A stretch of 64,000 nt of DNA. It comes from Rhynchopus sp. YZ270_cl-10. Taxonomy: Eukaryota. Location of the stretch: NCBI GenBank assembly GCA_964035575.1, contig OZ037834.1, positions 1,178,001 to 1,242,000 on the forward strand. The letters run 5' to 3'. Each line of letters starts with the position of its first letter. Within the stretch, counting starts at the first letter, position 1. Of the stretch, positions 23,428 through 35,059 are shown piece by piece. A program made the translations under genes and the position numbers. The notes beneath the pieces were generated by a model. The model had not been told where the DNA came from, searched no databases, and saw only the letters and a program-made list of their open reading frames with translations.

Positions 23428-24260
23428 ACGCACAAAGAGAAGTGGCAGTTGAGTTGATAGTGCAGACTTCTCTACAAGGGCTTCAGACACAGCTGCAAAG
23501 ATGAGGTTCTTTGAGCAATCCACGAAATGTGGAGCACGAAACTAAAACTGAGGGGCGGCTGAATAAAAAGAGAAGTTGAAAGTGCAAACAACCGTTCATC
23601 TGCGGACACAGTCACTGGTTCTCCGCTGGTTATCGAACCCCAGAGAGCACTTCATTGACATACGCACGGATACCACGAGGGAGGTTGTCAGCAGGAACAT
23701 AAAAATGAAAGGATGCAAAGATGTGAGGGGGGGCGGGAATTCTGTCTTTAGCTCCTTCCGTATGGGAAAAGAAGGGGGAAGAGAACAAAAAGAGAAAATT
23801 TAAAAGATGAATGTGCCTCTCGTGCACACACATTAAAGAATCTAGTCGTTTGGTATCAGCCCAAGGCAAAAAACACACACACAAGACCTGCTTTTTCCAG
23901 CTACCCAGCCATGGCAGTCCACCTACCTGTACCTCATACAATAGGTGCCAGACACCACCAAAACCAGATAGTTCCACAGAGACCCCAACAGGAAACTACC
24001 AGCAGTCTACCACTGTCTTGAGCAGTGCAACCGTGCTACGTAGAACAAACAAGAGAACGCCTGGGCAGTGACAGCGCATAGGCTGATACCGTTTGCATCA
24101 GCAGTGAGCCAAATGTTATCTCGACAATCGTCCAAGGTGGAAACCTGGTGCAACTCATACACGTCGGCAGGAAAGATTTTCGTGATCACCTCGCACGGAC
24201 CTCTCCAAGTTGACAATATATGGTTTCAATATTTCCAGTTCGGCCATATCAGACTAAATA

Positions 24261-24573
24261 CTACGACGGTACCCATGTGAGCCTCAACACCTTATCGTCA
24301 CGTTGGCGCCAGCCATAGACGCATTCATCCCAATCCTGCTCAGAATATATACAGACCTTGTCTCCGTCTTCGTCTGTGTAGCACTTCGCGTATTCGGAAT
24401 CGTAGTCTTCCGCGGTGTTCCTCCAACGAGGGGTTGCGGAAGCGCCCCCTCCGGTGCTGGACATAAGCTCCCTTGCCATCTGTCTTGGGAACGCGCAAAG
24501 TGACCTTGACTGTTATCTCATCCCCAACGTGCGGGTTGACAGCGAGGGGCGGCGCGGATGCTGGGGCTGCCAT
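24261..24573 (-). pseudogene. PB1 array copy 6, frameshifted
   Basis: ATG-to-stop span is 313 nt; a short deletion after NPSLE removes the DI..WL segment; the OPCA motif YTDEDGDKV lies in another frame. Confidence 0.8.
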
Positions 24574-24898
24574 GATGTGTGGATATGCTGTTGGGTAGGA
24601 GGGGTGTGTGACATGCAGACAACCTCCTTCATGCATGCGTGCACTGCAGTGCTGGCATGAGCAATAGGGAAGTGTGAAGCACTGCACGTGCAAACACTTG
24701 TACATCGGCGGGCTTGCACATAGTTAACGTTGCTGAATGTTTGAATACTGCGGGGTAGCAACCTTGCATTCTGTTTGTATAGATTATTCCATATCTGGGA
24801 AGAAAAGGGCGAAGCAAAACAACCCGAAGAAAAAGGCATTGGGCCATTCAAAAACACACACACACACACACATATGGGCAATGGTTCACTCTTAGGAA

Positions 24899-25246
24899 CT
24901 ACTCACTTTTGCTTTCAACACGCATCGCGATCCTTATCACATCACTGTTGCGCCAGGCATAGACGCATTCATCCCAATCTTCCTCAGTGCCCATAGAGAT
25001 TGTGTCTCCTTCTTTGTCTTTGTAGTACGGAGCGTATTTGGGATTGTAGCCTTCCGACGCTTGTAACCATTTCATGATATCCACCAACGAGGGTTTGCGG
25101 AAGCGCCCCCTCCGGAACCAGACAATATCCCTCTTGTCAGGTCCCCCAACAAAATGCAAAGTTACCTTGACTGATTTCTCATCCTCAATTGTCTCCTCAA
25201 TGTGCTGGTTGACAGCGAGGGGCGGCGCGGATGCTGGGGCTGCCAT
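24899..25246 (-). CDS. Small PB1-only protein, array copy 7
   Basis: YKDKEGDTISMGTEEDW. Confidence 0.85.
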   Translation of the reverse strand: MAAPASAPPLAVNQHIEETIEDEKSVKVTLHFVGGPDKRDIVWFRRGRFRKPSLVDIMKWLQASEGYNPKYAPYYKDKEGDTISMGTEEDWDECVYAWRNSDVIRIAMRVESKSE

Positions 25247-25911
25247 GATGTGTGGATATGCTGTTGGGCAGGAGGGGTGTTTGACATGCAGACAACCTCC
25301 TTCATAAAACTGAGGGGGGCTGAATAAAAATGAAAGGATGCAAAGATGTGAGGGGAGCGGGAATTCTGTCTTTATTGAGCTTCTTCCGTATGGGAAAAGA
25401 ACAAAAAATCTAAGCATTGGGTATCAGCCCAAGGCAAAAAACACACACAGGGAGACCATTTATTCTTGTGGCATCACCTCCCAAACCTTCACCGTTCCCC
25501 CTCTAGGAATACAAAATCCTAATTTTTCCAGCTACCCAGCCATGGCAGTCCACCTACCTGTACCTCATACAATAGGTGCCAGACACCACCAAAACCAGAT
25601 AGTTCCACAGAGACCCCTACAGGAAACTGCCAGCAGTCCACCACTGCCTGGAGCAGTGCAACCGTGCTACGTAGAACAAACAAGAGAACGCCTGAAGCAG
25701 TCAGTGCATAGGCTGATACCGTTTGCATCAGCAGTGAGCCAAATGTTATCTCGACAATCGCCCAAGGTGGAAACCTGGCACGAAAAACTCATACACGTAG
25801 GCAGGAAAGATATTCGTGATCACCTCGCACGGACCTCTCCAAATTGACAATTTGCGTCGATATTTCCCCAGTTCAGGCCATATCACCCTGTCCATGTGAG
25901 TTCAGGCCATA

Positions 25912-26238
25912 TCACCCTGTCCATGTGAGTTTCAACACCGTATCGTCACGTTGGCGCCAGCCATAGACGCATTCTTCCCAATCCTGCTCAGCGAATATAC
26001 AGATACTGTCTCCGTCTTGGTCTTCGTAGCACATCGCGTATCCGGAATCGTAGCCCTGCGAGCCTTCCAGCCAGTTCTCGATATCCTCCAACGAGGGGTT
26101 GCTGAAGCGCCCCCTCCGGTGATGGACATAAGCGTCCTTGCCATCTGTCTCCGGAATGTGCAAAGCGACCTTGACCGATATCTCATCCCCAGTGTGCGGG
26201 TTGACAGTGAGGGGCGGCGCAGATGCTGGGGCTGCCAT
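25912..26238 (-). CDS. Small PB1-only protein, array copy 8
   Basis: YEDQDGDSICIFAEQDW; the last codons and stop are tandemly duplicated (about 25872-25931). Confidence 0.85.
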   Translation of the reverse strand: MAAPASAPPLTVNPHTGDEISVKVALHIPETDGKDAYVHHRRGRFSNPSLEDIENWLEGSQGYDSGYAMCYEDQDGDSICIFAEQDWEECVYGWRQRDDTVLKLTWTG

Positions 26239-27259
26239 GATGTGTGGATATGCTGTTGGGTAGGAGGGGTGTGTGACATGCAGACAACCTCCTTCATGCA
26301 TGCGTACACTGCAGTGCTGGCATGAGCAATAGGGAAGTGTGAAGCACTGTGAAAGGTGTGCTGAGGGTGGTGGGGGGTTCACCAACCTCCACATACAAGC
26401 TTCACTGTCTTAGGGAATTTCATCTGAGACAAATCATAGTTGTGAGGTGAACGTGCCTCTCGTGCACACATCTACGCACAAAGAGAAGTGGCAGTTGAGT
26501 TGATAGTGCAGACTTCTCTACAAGGGCTTCAGACACAGCTGCAAAGATGAGGTTCTTTGAGCAATCCACGAAATGTGGAGCACGAAACCAAAACTGAGGG
26601 GGACTGAATAAAAAGAGAAGTTGAAAGTGCAAACACCGTTCATCTGCGGACGCAGGCATGGTTCTCCGCGGGTTATCGAACCCCAGAGAGCACTTCATTG
26701 ACATACACACGGATACCACGAGGGAGGTTGTCAGCAGGAACATAAAAATGAAAGGATGCAAAGATGTGAGGGGGGGCGGGAATTCTGTCTTTAGCTCCTT
26801 CCGTATGGGAAAAGAAAAGAGGGAAGAGAACAAAGAATCTAAGCATTGGGTATCAGCCCAAGGCAAAAAACACACACAGGGAGACCACTTACTTTTTTTT
26901 GGTACCATCCTCCCAAACCTTCACCATTCCCCCTTTCCCTGGAATCCAAAATCCTAATGTTTCTAGTTACCCAGCCATGCAGTCCACCTAACCTGCTTAG
27001 GTCCTTGCATCCAGACGTGAAAGAAAAAACAACCTCTCTGCTTGGTCACCCTATAATATCTGGCAAAATGAATGTATCCCACACATCTACCACAATAGGT
27101 GCCACACCACCAAAACCAGATAGTTCCACCAGGACGTCCACGCAGATGATATTAAAACCATGTGAAGTCTCAGTCGAGGCTTTTAGGTTTGACCCATCTG
27201 GGGGGTTTTATGCTGCTTCTTTTGTACTGTGCAAGGACCTAACCCCGTGTCCCCATTAT

Positions 27260-29442
27260 TTAACGTCTGGTGTTTTCACGCATTTTGATGAACCACCGGT
27301 AAGCTGCGAAGCCAATGATGAAGAGCGACTCGGACGCTGCGAGCCAGAACATCAGGAGGGATGCGGCTTGACGCCAGAAGTCGTTCGGAGGGATGTCTGT
27401 GGGAGGTGGCGGTGTGGTGGTGTGATGTGGTGGAATAGTGCACAGATACCCTTCTCCTCGCAACATACCTTCCGGAGCCCTGAACTCATATGCCATTAAG
27501 CTGTGTGGGACAACGTTCCCGAGTCTATCTCCAATGGCGGTGGGGAACCATACTTCTTGTTTCTGGAGGTGCGTTGTGTTGTAAGGCATGGTGCTATTGG
27601 GTTAATTTGGTTTGTTAATGCAAACACCAATCAATGAGCGGAACTCTTGAAAAGGGTTCTTCTGCGGAGTAAACTCTGCATGGCAAGAAAGTCGTATCCA
27701 AACGACGTCGTTGCAAGAATACTATGTGTGCATACCGTGGCCAGCCTGTTGGCGCTGATGACAATGGCGATCATTGTGGTGGCAGGGGCAAGCAAGACAA
27801 GCGACGCTCTCAACAGCAGCAGCATAGCACGGCTTGACACACGGAACATAGCCTCCCTGTACAAGGAAAGGGTGTGGTGGTGTTGGGTGGCAATTTTTTT
27901 TTTTTTGACAAATAATATACACATACGCCCATTTCTTGCTTTCCCCTTGCAGCCTCGTGGCCTCCTCGCTGTCCCTCAGTAGGAATGTCTGCAGGTATGT
28001 TCTGTGTTGTTGTGTTGTTGTGTTTTATGTTTTACGTTTTCCTCATTACAGTCCGTAGGTAATGTCGTTTTTTTTGATAAAACAACTTGTTGTCAATTCT
28101 AAAAAGATTGGAGGCAGCGCTGCAGGGCAAACAAAACGGATTGAAAAAAACAGAAGCTTGCTTGTTTTCTTTGAGTACTCAATTAACCACAACAACCGTC
28201 AGTTTAACACATTTTTTCACCTTTTTGTTTTCCCGGCTTTGAGCGCACAAACAAAAGACCCGATCTTTTTTTCGGTTTTTAGGGGGTTTTTTGGGATTCC
28301 CGCATGGTGCCTTTTAAGAATTTTTTGAAGACATACCTGAGCAGGACCACCCGAGAGCTGCAGCCGACTACACAGATCATTTGCCGCCAGAAGTAAAGGT
28401 TTTGGATGCGCAAATCGAGCACAAAGGTTGCCGCGACCAGGAGCGGGCAGAGCAGCGTCACGTAGCTGAGCACCGCCCAGAGACAGCTCCGCACGAAGTC
28501 CCCCGCGGAGAAGTCCAGCTTCTCTGGGAGGGGCTGTGCGTTCGCCTTCGCCATTTTGTAGTTCACGAGGTAGTAGGCCCGCTTCTCCTCCAACGCAGCA
28601 AGCGACTGCGCATACCGATCCTGCAGCTGGTAGTGACACCTTACCAACCTCCACACTGCCGACGTACACCCATACGTTATGCACACACACCCTGCACAGA
28701 GAAACCCTAACAGCAAATAGCACGGCGGCATCAAAAACCGCAACAACGACCCGCTCACTGCATCATGCGTCACATACGCAGTGTACGACGCCTTCAGACC
28801 AAAGTTGAGCACCGGGACTTCCTCCGTCATCACCACCGCATACGCTGCGACAGAAGCAGCCAGACCTACAAAGAGACCAGCCTGTCCAACATTGTCCTGA
28901 AATGAATAGCAAGACCGCTGCATCCAAAACAGCACTCCCACCGACACAACCAAAAGCAACACCGTCAGCACATCCGCCGGTGAATAAAACAACGACGGAG
29001 ACAACGAAACGCCATCCGTCTCCGGAAGGGTGCTGGTCAACACACAGAGACTCCACAAGGCGCGTAGGGGGGCAATAGCGAGGAGCAAAAACAATGTGTT
29101 CGCCAGCACTGCCAACTCAGAGAAGAAGGGCAGGGTGTACGCCTGGCCCCGTTGTATCGTCGCGACCTTGATGACCTGGGGGACCTTTTCCCCCTTTTTG
29201 GGGGGTCGTTGGCCAGGCTGTTGTTGTTGTTGTTGTTGCTGCTGTGTTTGCTCCGCTTGGGCCCTCCGCATCTCCTCCTCGGAAGGCTGTGTTAAGTACT
29301 CCAGCTTATGAATGACGCAGTCAGGAATATAAATATACCCAGGCACGCCCGAAATGAGTCCACTCAGCACCTTCCCCAAAGCGAGCATGGTCCCCAGCTC
29401 CACGAGGGTGGGCGGCGCGACAAGGCCCCATAGGAGCGGCAT
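27260..29442 (-). CDS. TMEM161: TMEM161-like multi-pass membrane protein; predicted introns 28002-28336, 27857-27926, 27563-27735 and 27397-27468
   Basis: Four GTATG...CAG introns join the ORF pieces in frame, giving ...SRVVLLRTYLQTFL...LVLLAP...FWRQAASLLMFW, similar to TMEM161 blocks. Confidence 0.7.
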
Positions 29443-29502
29443 GGTTAGGGGTTTGGTTTGTTGGTCCTGGAGGGGGTTTCAAGAAAAAGAAAAAGGTTGT
29501 GA

Positions 29503-29530
29503 AGATGAACCTGAGCCTCTCGTGTTTAGC
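29503..29530 (-). repeat. Hairpin element family A copy
   Basis: agatgaacctgagcctctcgtgtttag. Confidence 0.8.
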
Positions 29531-29625
29531 CCAGGCAGCTTAACAACCCTGGATTTGTCTGCACTCCGCAATGTGACGCAAGTTGAGTGCGCACTTCCTT
29601 GCGCAGTGCTACAGCTTTAAAAAAA

Positions 29626-29745
29626 GTTGACTTGAAATACAACAGCCCTCTCATGAACAGTGTACCTTTGGTATGACCGGCTGTACCGTGGGGGTGGACA
29701 CCCCCAACCATGCAGTCCTACATTCCATTTCGTGGTTTATATCTG
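29626..29745 (-). repeat. Interspersed element family C copy, full length
   Basis: Matches 11544-11653 and 51910-52025; similarity to 11654-11706 continues to about 29792. Confidence 0.9.
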
Positions 29746-30497
29746 ATATGCTACTCCCGCTTCCACTCATCAGATGAACAGGGATCATTGCAAGAAAACG
29801 CAGTGGATGGAAAGTGGGCAATAAAACTGGTAGTATCAATACAAGAAAGAGTGGAAAAGGGTCATGGGTGTGGGTGAAGGTACCTTCGTTGGGTTTGCAG
29901 TTCGGAGATGTGCGCTTTTCTCTTGCGTCAATACCCGCATCAGGTATAGGTACGGAGACGTGGTGTTAAACACTCTTCATTATTTCAATTTTTTTTTGAA
30001 AAATTCCGATTATTTAGCCCCACGTCCCGTTACCGTAATACGGTAGGTTTTGCTCGATGAGTTGGACAATGAGATGAGAAATGCCCTTCCGCTTTTCAAA
30101 AAAGACACCTTTGACAGATGTAGCCTCTCATGGACACATCAAATAACAAACGTGGAGTTCACATGTGATACACACCTCTGAAATGCTGTCGCGAATAAAA
30201 GGTAAAATGAATTCAATAACGTACACACACTTCAAGGCAGATGCTGGCACGTGGTAAAATACAAAAAACGGGCGTGGTGTGGTGGTCAACTCATATTTCG
30301 AACCGCAGAAAAGAAGAAAAAAGGCACTGAAAAATAAAACGTCAAAAGATGAATTTGTCTCGGTGCACATTTGTTACCATCTGAAAAAGGAAAAGCCTTG
30401 GTAAGATCCTAAGCCTACGCTTAGGTCACCTAAAATAAAAACACACGGTACAGGAGAACTCGAATCATCCTTTTCTTTTTTCAAAAAACTTGGTAGT

Positions 30498-30534
30498 ATT
30501 AGTGTAGCCACCCTAGGATGAACTCCACTATTTT
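30498..30534 (-). repeat. Hairpin element family F copy
   Basis: attagtgtagccaccctag...cactatttt; second copy at 59884. Confidence 0.75.
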
Positions 30535-31364
30535 TTTTTTTGTCATAAAACCCCCCCAGAAGGTGGCCAGCAGGCCAAATCCCCCCCCCTCCATTCCCGC
30601 TCCCATCAGCAGATAAGCGATTAACCACACGATACAGAAAACAACACTGTGCGTTGTGCGAAAAAAGTTGGATTTGGGTCTCAAAATAGAAACTTAACAC
30701 TCATCACACGATAAAACCCATGGGAGAGGTTGTGGTGAAACGCACACACCTCGACCTGTTTGGTGAGGCGTGGCTCTGCAGCGCGGTTCGTCCCTAGAAC
30801 CGCGAGTGTGTTCAAAATGCTTTGTTTCTATTTCCTCCTTCATTTCATGAGGTGACACAAAAAAATTGAAAAAAAACTTGCAAAAGCTACATTGTGCCTC
30901 TGGGTGCTCGCACACTCTAATAAAAGAGAAGTAGAAAGTACAAACGCTTCATCATACAATCGGCAGACGCGGGCACTGATCTTTGCTAATCTAACATAGC
31001 TAGTAAGAGAAACCTAAGCCCTGCCTAGACACCTTAGTCACCTTTGAACCAAACACACGCCACAACGTTTTTTCGGGGCTAGAATTTAAAAAAAAAATTT
31101 AAAAAAAAGTCGATGCAGAACTACCCTGCAACCCTCACAACAAAAACTACCCCCACTACCCCTCACACACATCCCCCCCCTGCCATAACTCCTCCCACAT
31201 TCATTTCTTCTTTCACACATTGAAATCCCCGAATCTTTCAATACAAATTCCACAATTTTTCTCCTTTGGAAATACGAATGAAATAGGGGAAAAACTCCAC
31301 ATTTTTTTCAAAGGTTGGCTTGAAATACTAAGCCCCCCACCCCGACTTTCCCCCCCTCCCCTTC

Positions 31365-32582
31365 TCATTCCAACACCGCAAACCGATAATTTGCAAGCAA
31401 TGCACAGGAGTTGTAGGTCCAGAGGGTTGCCGCGTTTTCTGATGTGATTGCAAGCAGACCTGATGAGAGTGCTGTGAGAGGGGTCTCTGCGGTTACCAAA
31501 GCTTCGTCCGAACGGGTGGCGAGGATACGACCTGCGGTGGACGCAAGAAACCCTACTGCCAGCCAGAAGGAGACACGGACCGCGCCTTTCAACCGAAGAA
31601 GCAGTTCGGGGACCGCGCGGGCATCTAAAGAGAGCAAAACTGGAGTGTCATCCCTCACGTTTCTTCCCATAAATGCTTCAAAGAGCACAACCATCGTGGC
31701 AACTACAGAAAACGCCTTTTGACTCGGCAACCAGGTCCCCACTGCAAGGTTTGCCGACCACAGCAACGACACCACCTCAGGCACCTCAGGCGGCACCTCC
31801 ATCAGCATTTCGTACTGTTCCTCGCTCAGGTGCTGGCGGCCCTTCAGGATGTTCTCCCTGAGGTGCAATGAGGCCAGAATATATTGCTTCTTCGTCAACG
31901 GAATGAAGTAGCCTGGACCAGGGTTTACACACACCAAATAAAACCGGTCGACATAGGACCGTTTAAAAGGGTTCAACACTACAGGGACCAACGCAGAGGT
32001 GCTTTCCTTCAACGACCCAAACCCTCCCCTAGCCTCAGAAGGGTACCTCGATACTGCCCACCTCGACCAATCGCGGTATTTTACGACCAAATACTCATTG
32101 TGCGATGCCTCCCGAAGACGCTGTTGCACGCTTTGCACTGTGTACACTGAGGTGTCTTTTACCTTTGCTGCGCTTTGCTTGAAGGCATGCGTTTTCCCCT
32201 GAACGTTTAAGTCTGTAAACAGATCCACCCACTCGGACTCGATGTCCGCAAAGTTTGCTCTCAGCTCTCCCGTCGGTCGCGCGTGGAGGTATACATAGTT
32301 CCCTGCAGGCAGCCCCACCACAGCCTGCACCAACCCGCTCTCATCCTCCCCAGGCACCCAATAGTCCGGTATGTCCTCCTCTTCTTCCTCCTCCTCCTCC
32401 TGTTCTTGCTCTGCAACGGCAACAGCAGCAGGCTGCACAGCGGTCACCTCTTCCTCGCAGTTTTCCGTGTCCTGACTCGTTGCAGAAGGGCGTGCAACGA
32501 GAACAGGGGATGCTGTTTCATGTGTCCCCTGCTGAAGAAACTCACTGCCAACTTCGTCAAGGGGTGCTACTGGGGTTGCCAT
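31365..32582 (-). CDS. Hypothetical protein (acidic N-terminus, hydrophobic C-terminus)
   Basis: Long ORF; likely start MATPVAP just after a CCCCAAG acceptor. Confidence 0.7.
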   Translation of the reverse strand: MATPVAPLDEVGSEFLQQGTHETASPVLVARPSATSQDTENCEEEVTAVQPAAVAVAEQEQEEEEEEEEDIPDYWVPGEDESGLVQAVVGLPAGNYVYLHARPTGELRANFADIESEWVDLFTDLNVQGKTHAFKQSAAKVKDTSVYTVQSVQQRLREASHNEYLVVKYRDWSRWAVSRYPSEARGGFGSLKESTSALVPVVLNPFKRSYVDRFYLVCVNPGPGYFIPLTKKQYILASLHLRENILKGRQHLSEEQYEMLMEVPPEVPEVVSLLWSANLAVGTWLPSQKAFSVVATMVVLFEAFMGRNVRDDTPVLLSLDARAVPELLLRLKGAVRVSFWLAVGFLASTAGRILATRSDEALVTAETPLTALSSGLLAITSENAATLWTYNSCALLANYRFAVLE

Positions 32583-33656
32583 ATCTTGGGGATAAAATAG
32601 AGGGGAGAGAAAGGAAGAGGAGTGTATTCCCGGTGTTAGTGTTGCTATGGGTGTGGTGGTGGTGGTGGGTAGTGGGGGGGGGGGAGAAAATGAAGCCTCT
32701 CGCGTGGCCTCCCTCACCTCTCTGTTCAGTGTTATAAAGGTTCTTATGGTGAATATGATAGTTGCCATTGCCAGGGCAACCGAGGTGAGGGGGTACTAAA
32801 AAAGGTTTTAAAAAAGTTTTTTAAAAACACAACAAAAATTAATACAACAATACTAACGCACCTGCAGTGCACAGAGGGACACAGCTTCACCGCCCGTCAC
32901 CACTCCATTGTGTGTGTGTCGTGCTCTCTCCCCCCTCCCCCCACCCTCCCCTCCCTCTGCACAAGCACAACGGCCATTTTTTCTCCATGCCAGGATCCCT
33001 TCCACAGCAGAAAAAGAGCGGCACCTTCCCTGCAGAAATAAATGGCAGTTGGTAGATGCACGCTGCCCACCGTGAATACGACGTGGCGTCCTGCTGCCCA
33101 GTTTTGGAAAGGAGTGATACCTAATGAGCACAATGAGCACAACACCACCTCCGGCTGACTCACTGTACGACGCCAGCCATCCGGATGAAAGCACAACGAA
33201 ATGTGTGATTGATGCAGGCAGCTTGCCGACGAATCTCTCTTCACCCTGAATGAAAAAAGCACATTCGCACCCTGCAGAAACAAGGTCTGAAAGACCTGCC
33301 TCTCGCTGGACACACACCTTGGGGGGGGCAAAGGTCTCGCTCTCCGGAACTCACCGCCAACTGCTTTTTATTTCAAACACAACCCACATCATTTGAAAAA
33401 ACTGCCTGCCACGAAGGGTTCGTTCTCGCCCTCTCCATCGACTATCCTACGCACTGCATCCGGGAGCATGCCCCTCAGCGATCAGCGAAGAACCATGACC
33501 TGTCAGACCTGATGTGACTGTGTTCCACTCCCCCCTCCCCCCTAGCCCTCCCAATGGCTTTGTGTGTTTTTTTGTCAGAATACTGCATTTTTAAAAAAAA
33601 AATCACAAAAAAAAAAAAAAAAAAAAACCATTTCCCCTCCCCCCTCCCGGCTCCTC

Positions 33657-34412
33657 TTACTTCACAACCGAGGAACGTCTTCGTAGCAGTGTTGGTGGTG
33701 GTGGGGACGCTGACGATGAAGACGCTGTAGAAGAAACCCTGACGAGCGACCCCGGCTGGCTGCTGCTCGCTCCGCCACCACCTCCACCCCCACCCCCTTG
33801 ACTCCCGTTGACCCCACTGCTTGCAGACAGTCTCCTGCGTTTGGCTTCTCTCTCTGCCTCTTCCTTTAGGCTCTTTTTCATTCGGCCTGCAAAATCCGGG
33901 ATTTCTTCTAATTTGCGCAACCTTTTGCTTCGAGAAGGAATGTGACTATGGTAGGTTTGCAGACGCACTTCAACCTTTTCGAGAACAGACTGTGTACGCT
34001 CCGGGTTGATGAAGTCGTGGTGGTTTTTGATAAACTCTGTCGGGTCTTTTTTCTCTGCAAGGAGACATTCCAGCGCGAGGGTTGGTGCTTCTGCGGTCAC
34101 CGCTGCCGTTGTGCCCGCAGGAAGACAGGGATTACATAACCTCGAAAAATCCAACCTCTCCTTCATTTCCAACAACGCTGCACTATGCCTCGCTATCGAC
34201 GCATTCCTCCTTTCCTCCTCCTGAATCCGTTCCTCCTCTGACCCATCGCTTGACGCCTCCTCACTATCCTGTGTCAGCCCAAGCAAGGCAATAGGGGGGT
34301 GCTCAGGGGTGGATGACACGTCAGTGACCACACCATGTGCCCGCTGCTGCGCGGATGACACCCTAGCTGACTCATCAGAACTATCGCTGCCGTATCCTGT
34401 TAGGCCTAGCAT
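33657..34412 (-). CDS. SAP30BP/HCNGP-like protein
   Basis: N-terminal LTGYGSDSSDE and FIKNHHDFINP resembling the HCNGP F-x-N-P block. Confidence 0.55.
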   Translation of the reverse strand: MLGLTGYGSDSSDESARVSSAQQRAHGVVTDVSSTPEHPPIALLGLTQDSEEASSDGSEEERIQEEERRNASIARHSAALLEMKERLDFSRLCNPCLPAGTTAAVTAEAPTLALECLLAEKKDPTEFIKNHHDFINPERTQSVLEKVEVRLQTYHSHIPSRSKRLRKLEEIPDFAGRMKKSLKEEAEREAKRRRLSASSGVNGSQGGGGGGGGGASSSQPGSLVRVSSTASSSSASPPPPTLLRRRSSVVK

Positions 34413-34490
34413 TGGATTGAAATTTAAAAAAGAATGGAACTCAAAAAAAGGGTGTATTGCTGTGTTGTAAATAAGAGGGGGGATGGCGCG

Positions 34491-34733
34491 GTATTGTGAT
34501 AAATTGTCCCATCATAATATTTCATACACAATCCACCATACAGATAGTACAGTAGGACAAGAAACTGAATAACCAAGAAACTTGGCGACCAAATAATATT
34601 GGCGGATTTTTTGGGGGTTTTCTTGCAATCGGCGACTTTTTTTTTGGTCGCGAATTACATATTTCTTGTCCCACTGTATTGTGAAATGACAATGTGTCTT
34701 ATGTAGTATGATGGGAAATTATCACTACAATAC
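34491..34733. mobile_element. Old palindromic MITE hosting a nested insertion
   Basis: gtattgtgataaattgtcccatcataat...caca mirrors tgtgtcttatgtagtatgatgggaaattatcactacaatac. Confidence 0.65.
34550..34676. mobile_element. Tc1/mariner-type MITE with TA target duplication
   Basis: TA|cagtaggacaagaaa ... tttcttgtcccactg|TA, plus an inner gcgaccaaa/tttggtcgc inverted pair. Confidence 0.75.
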
Positions 34734-35059
34734 ATCCACCACTAAGGGGATGGTGATGGTGTACAGAGAGAGATGGGGGAAATCCTTTTTTTGGAAAAAG
34801 ACCCAACCAAACCAAAAAAAAGGGGGGTTTTTTTAGATGAACCTAAGCTGGGCTTATAGTCAGCCTTACAAAATTAGGTTCCCCCCTTCTTCCCATCCCG
34901 TATCCCCTTTCCACCCACCCCAGAACCCCACAACCCTTTCCTTTTGCATGAGAGACTGTAACGCCCCTCGAGACTTCCTTTTTTCCCCCATTTTTCCCCC
35001 CTCCAATCCTACTATCGCATCGTATTTAGGGAAAATGGTTCAAAAAAAAAATCTCATTT

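Noticed and set aside
19117..26900. CRISPR-like or DGR-like interpretation of the repeated array
   Set aside because: The units are ~1-kb gene duplications in a eukaryote; no reverse transcriptase or template repeat was seen, and the variation includes indels rather than adenine-only changes.
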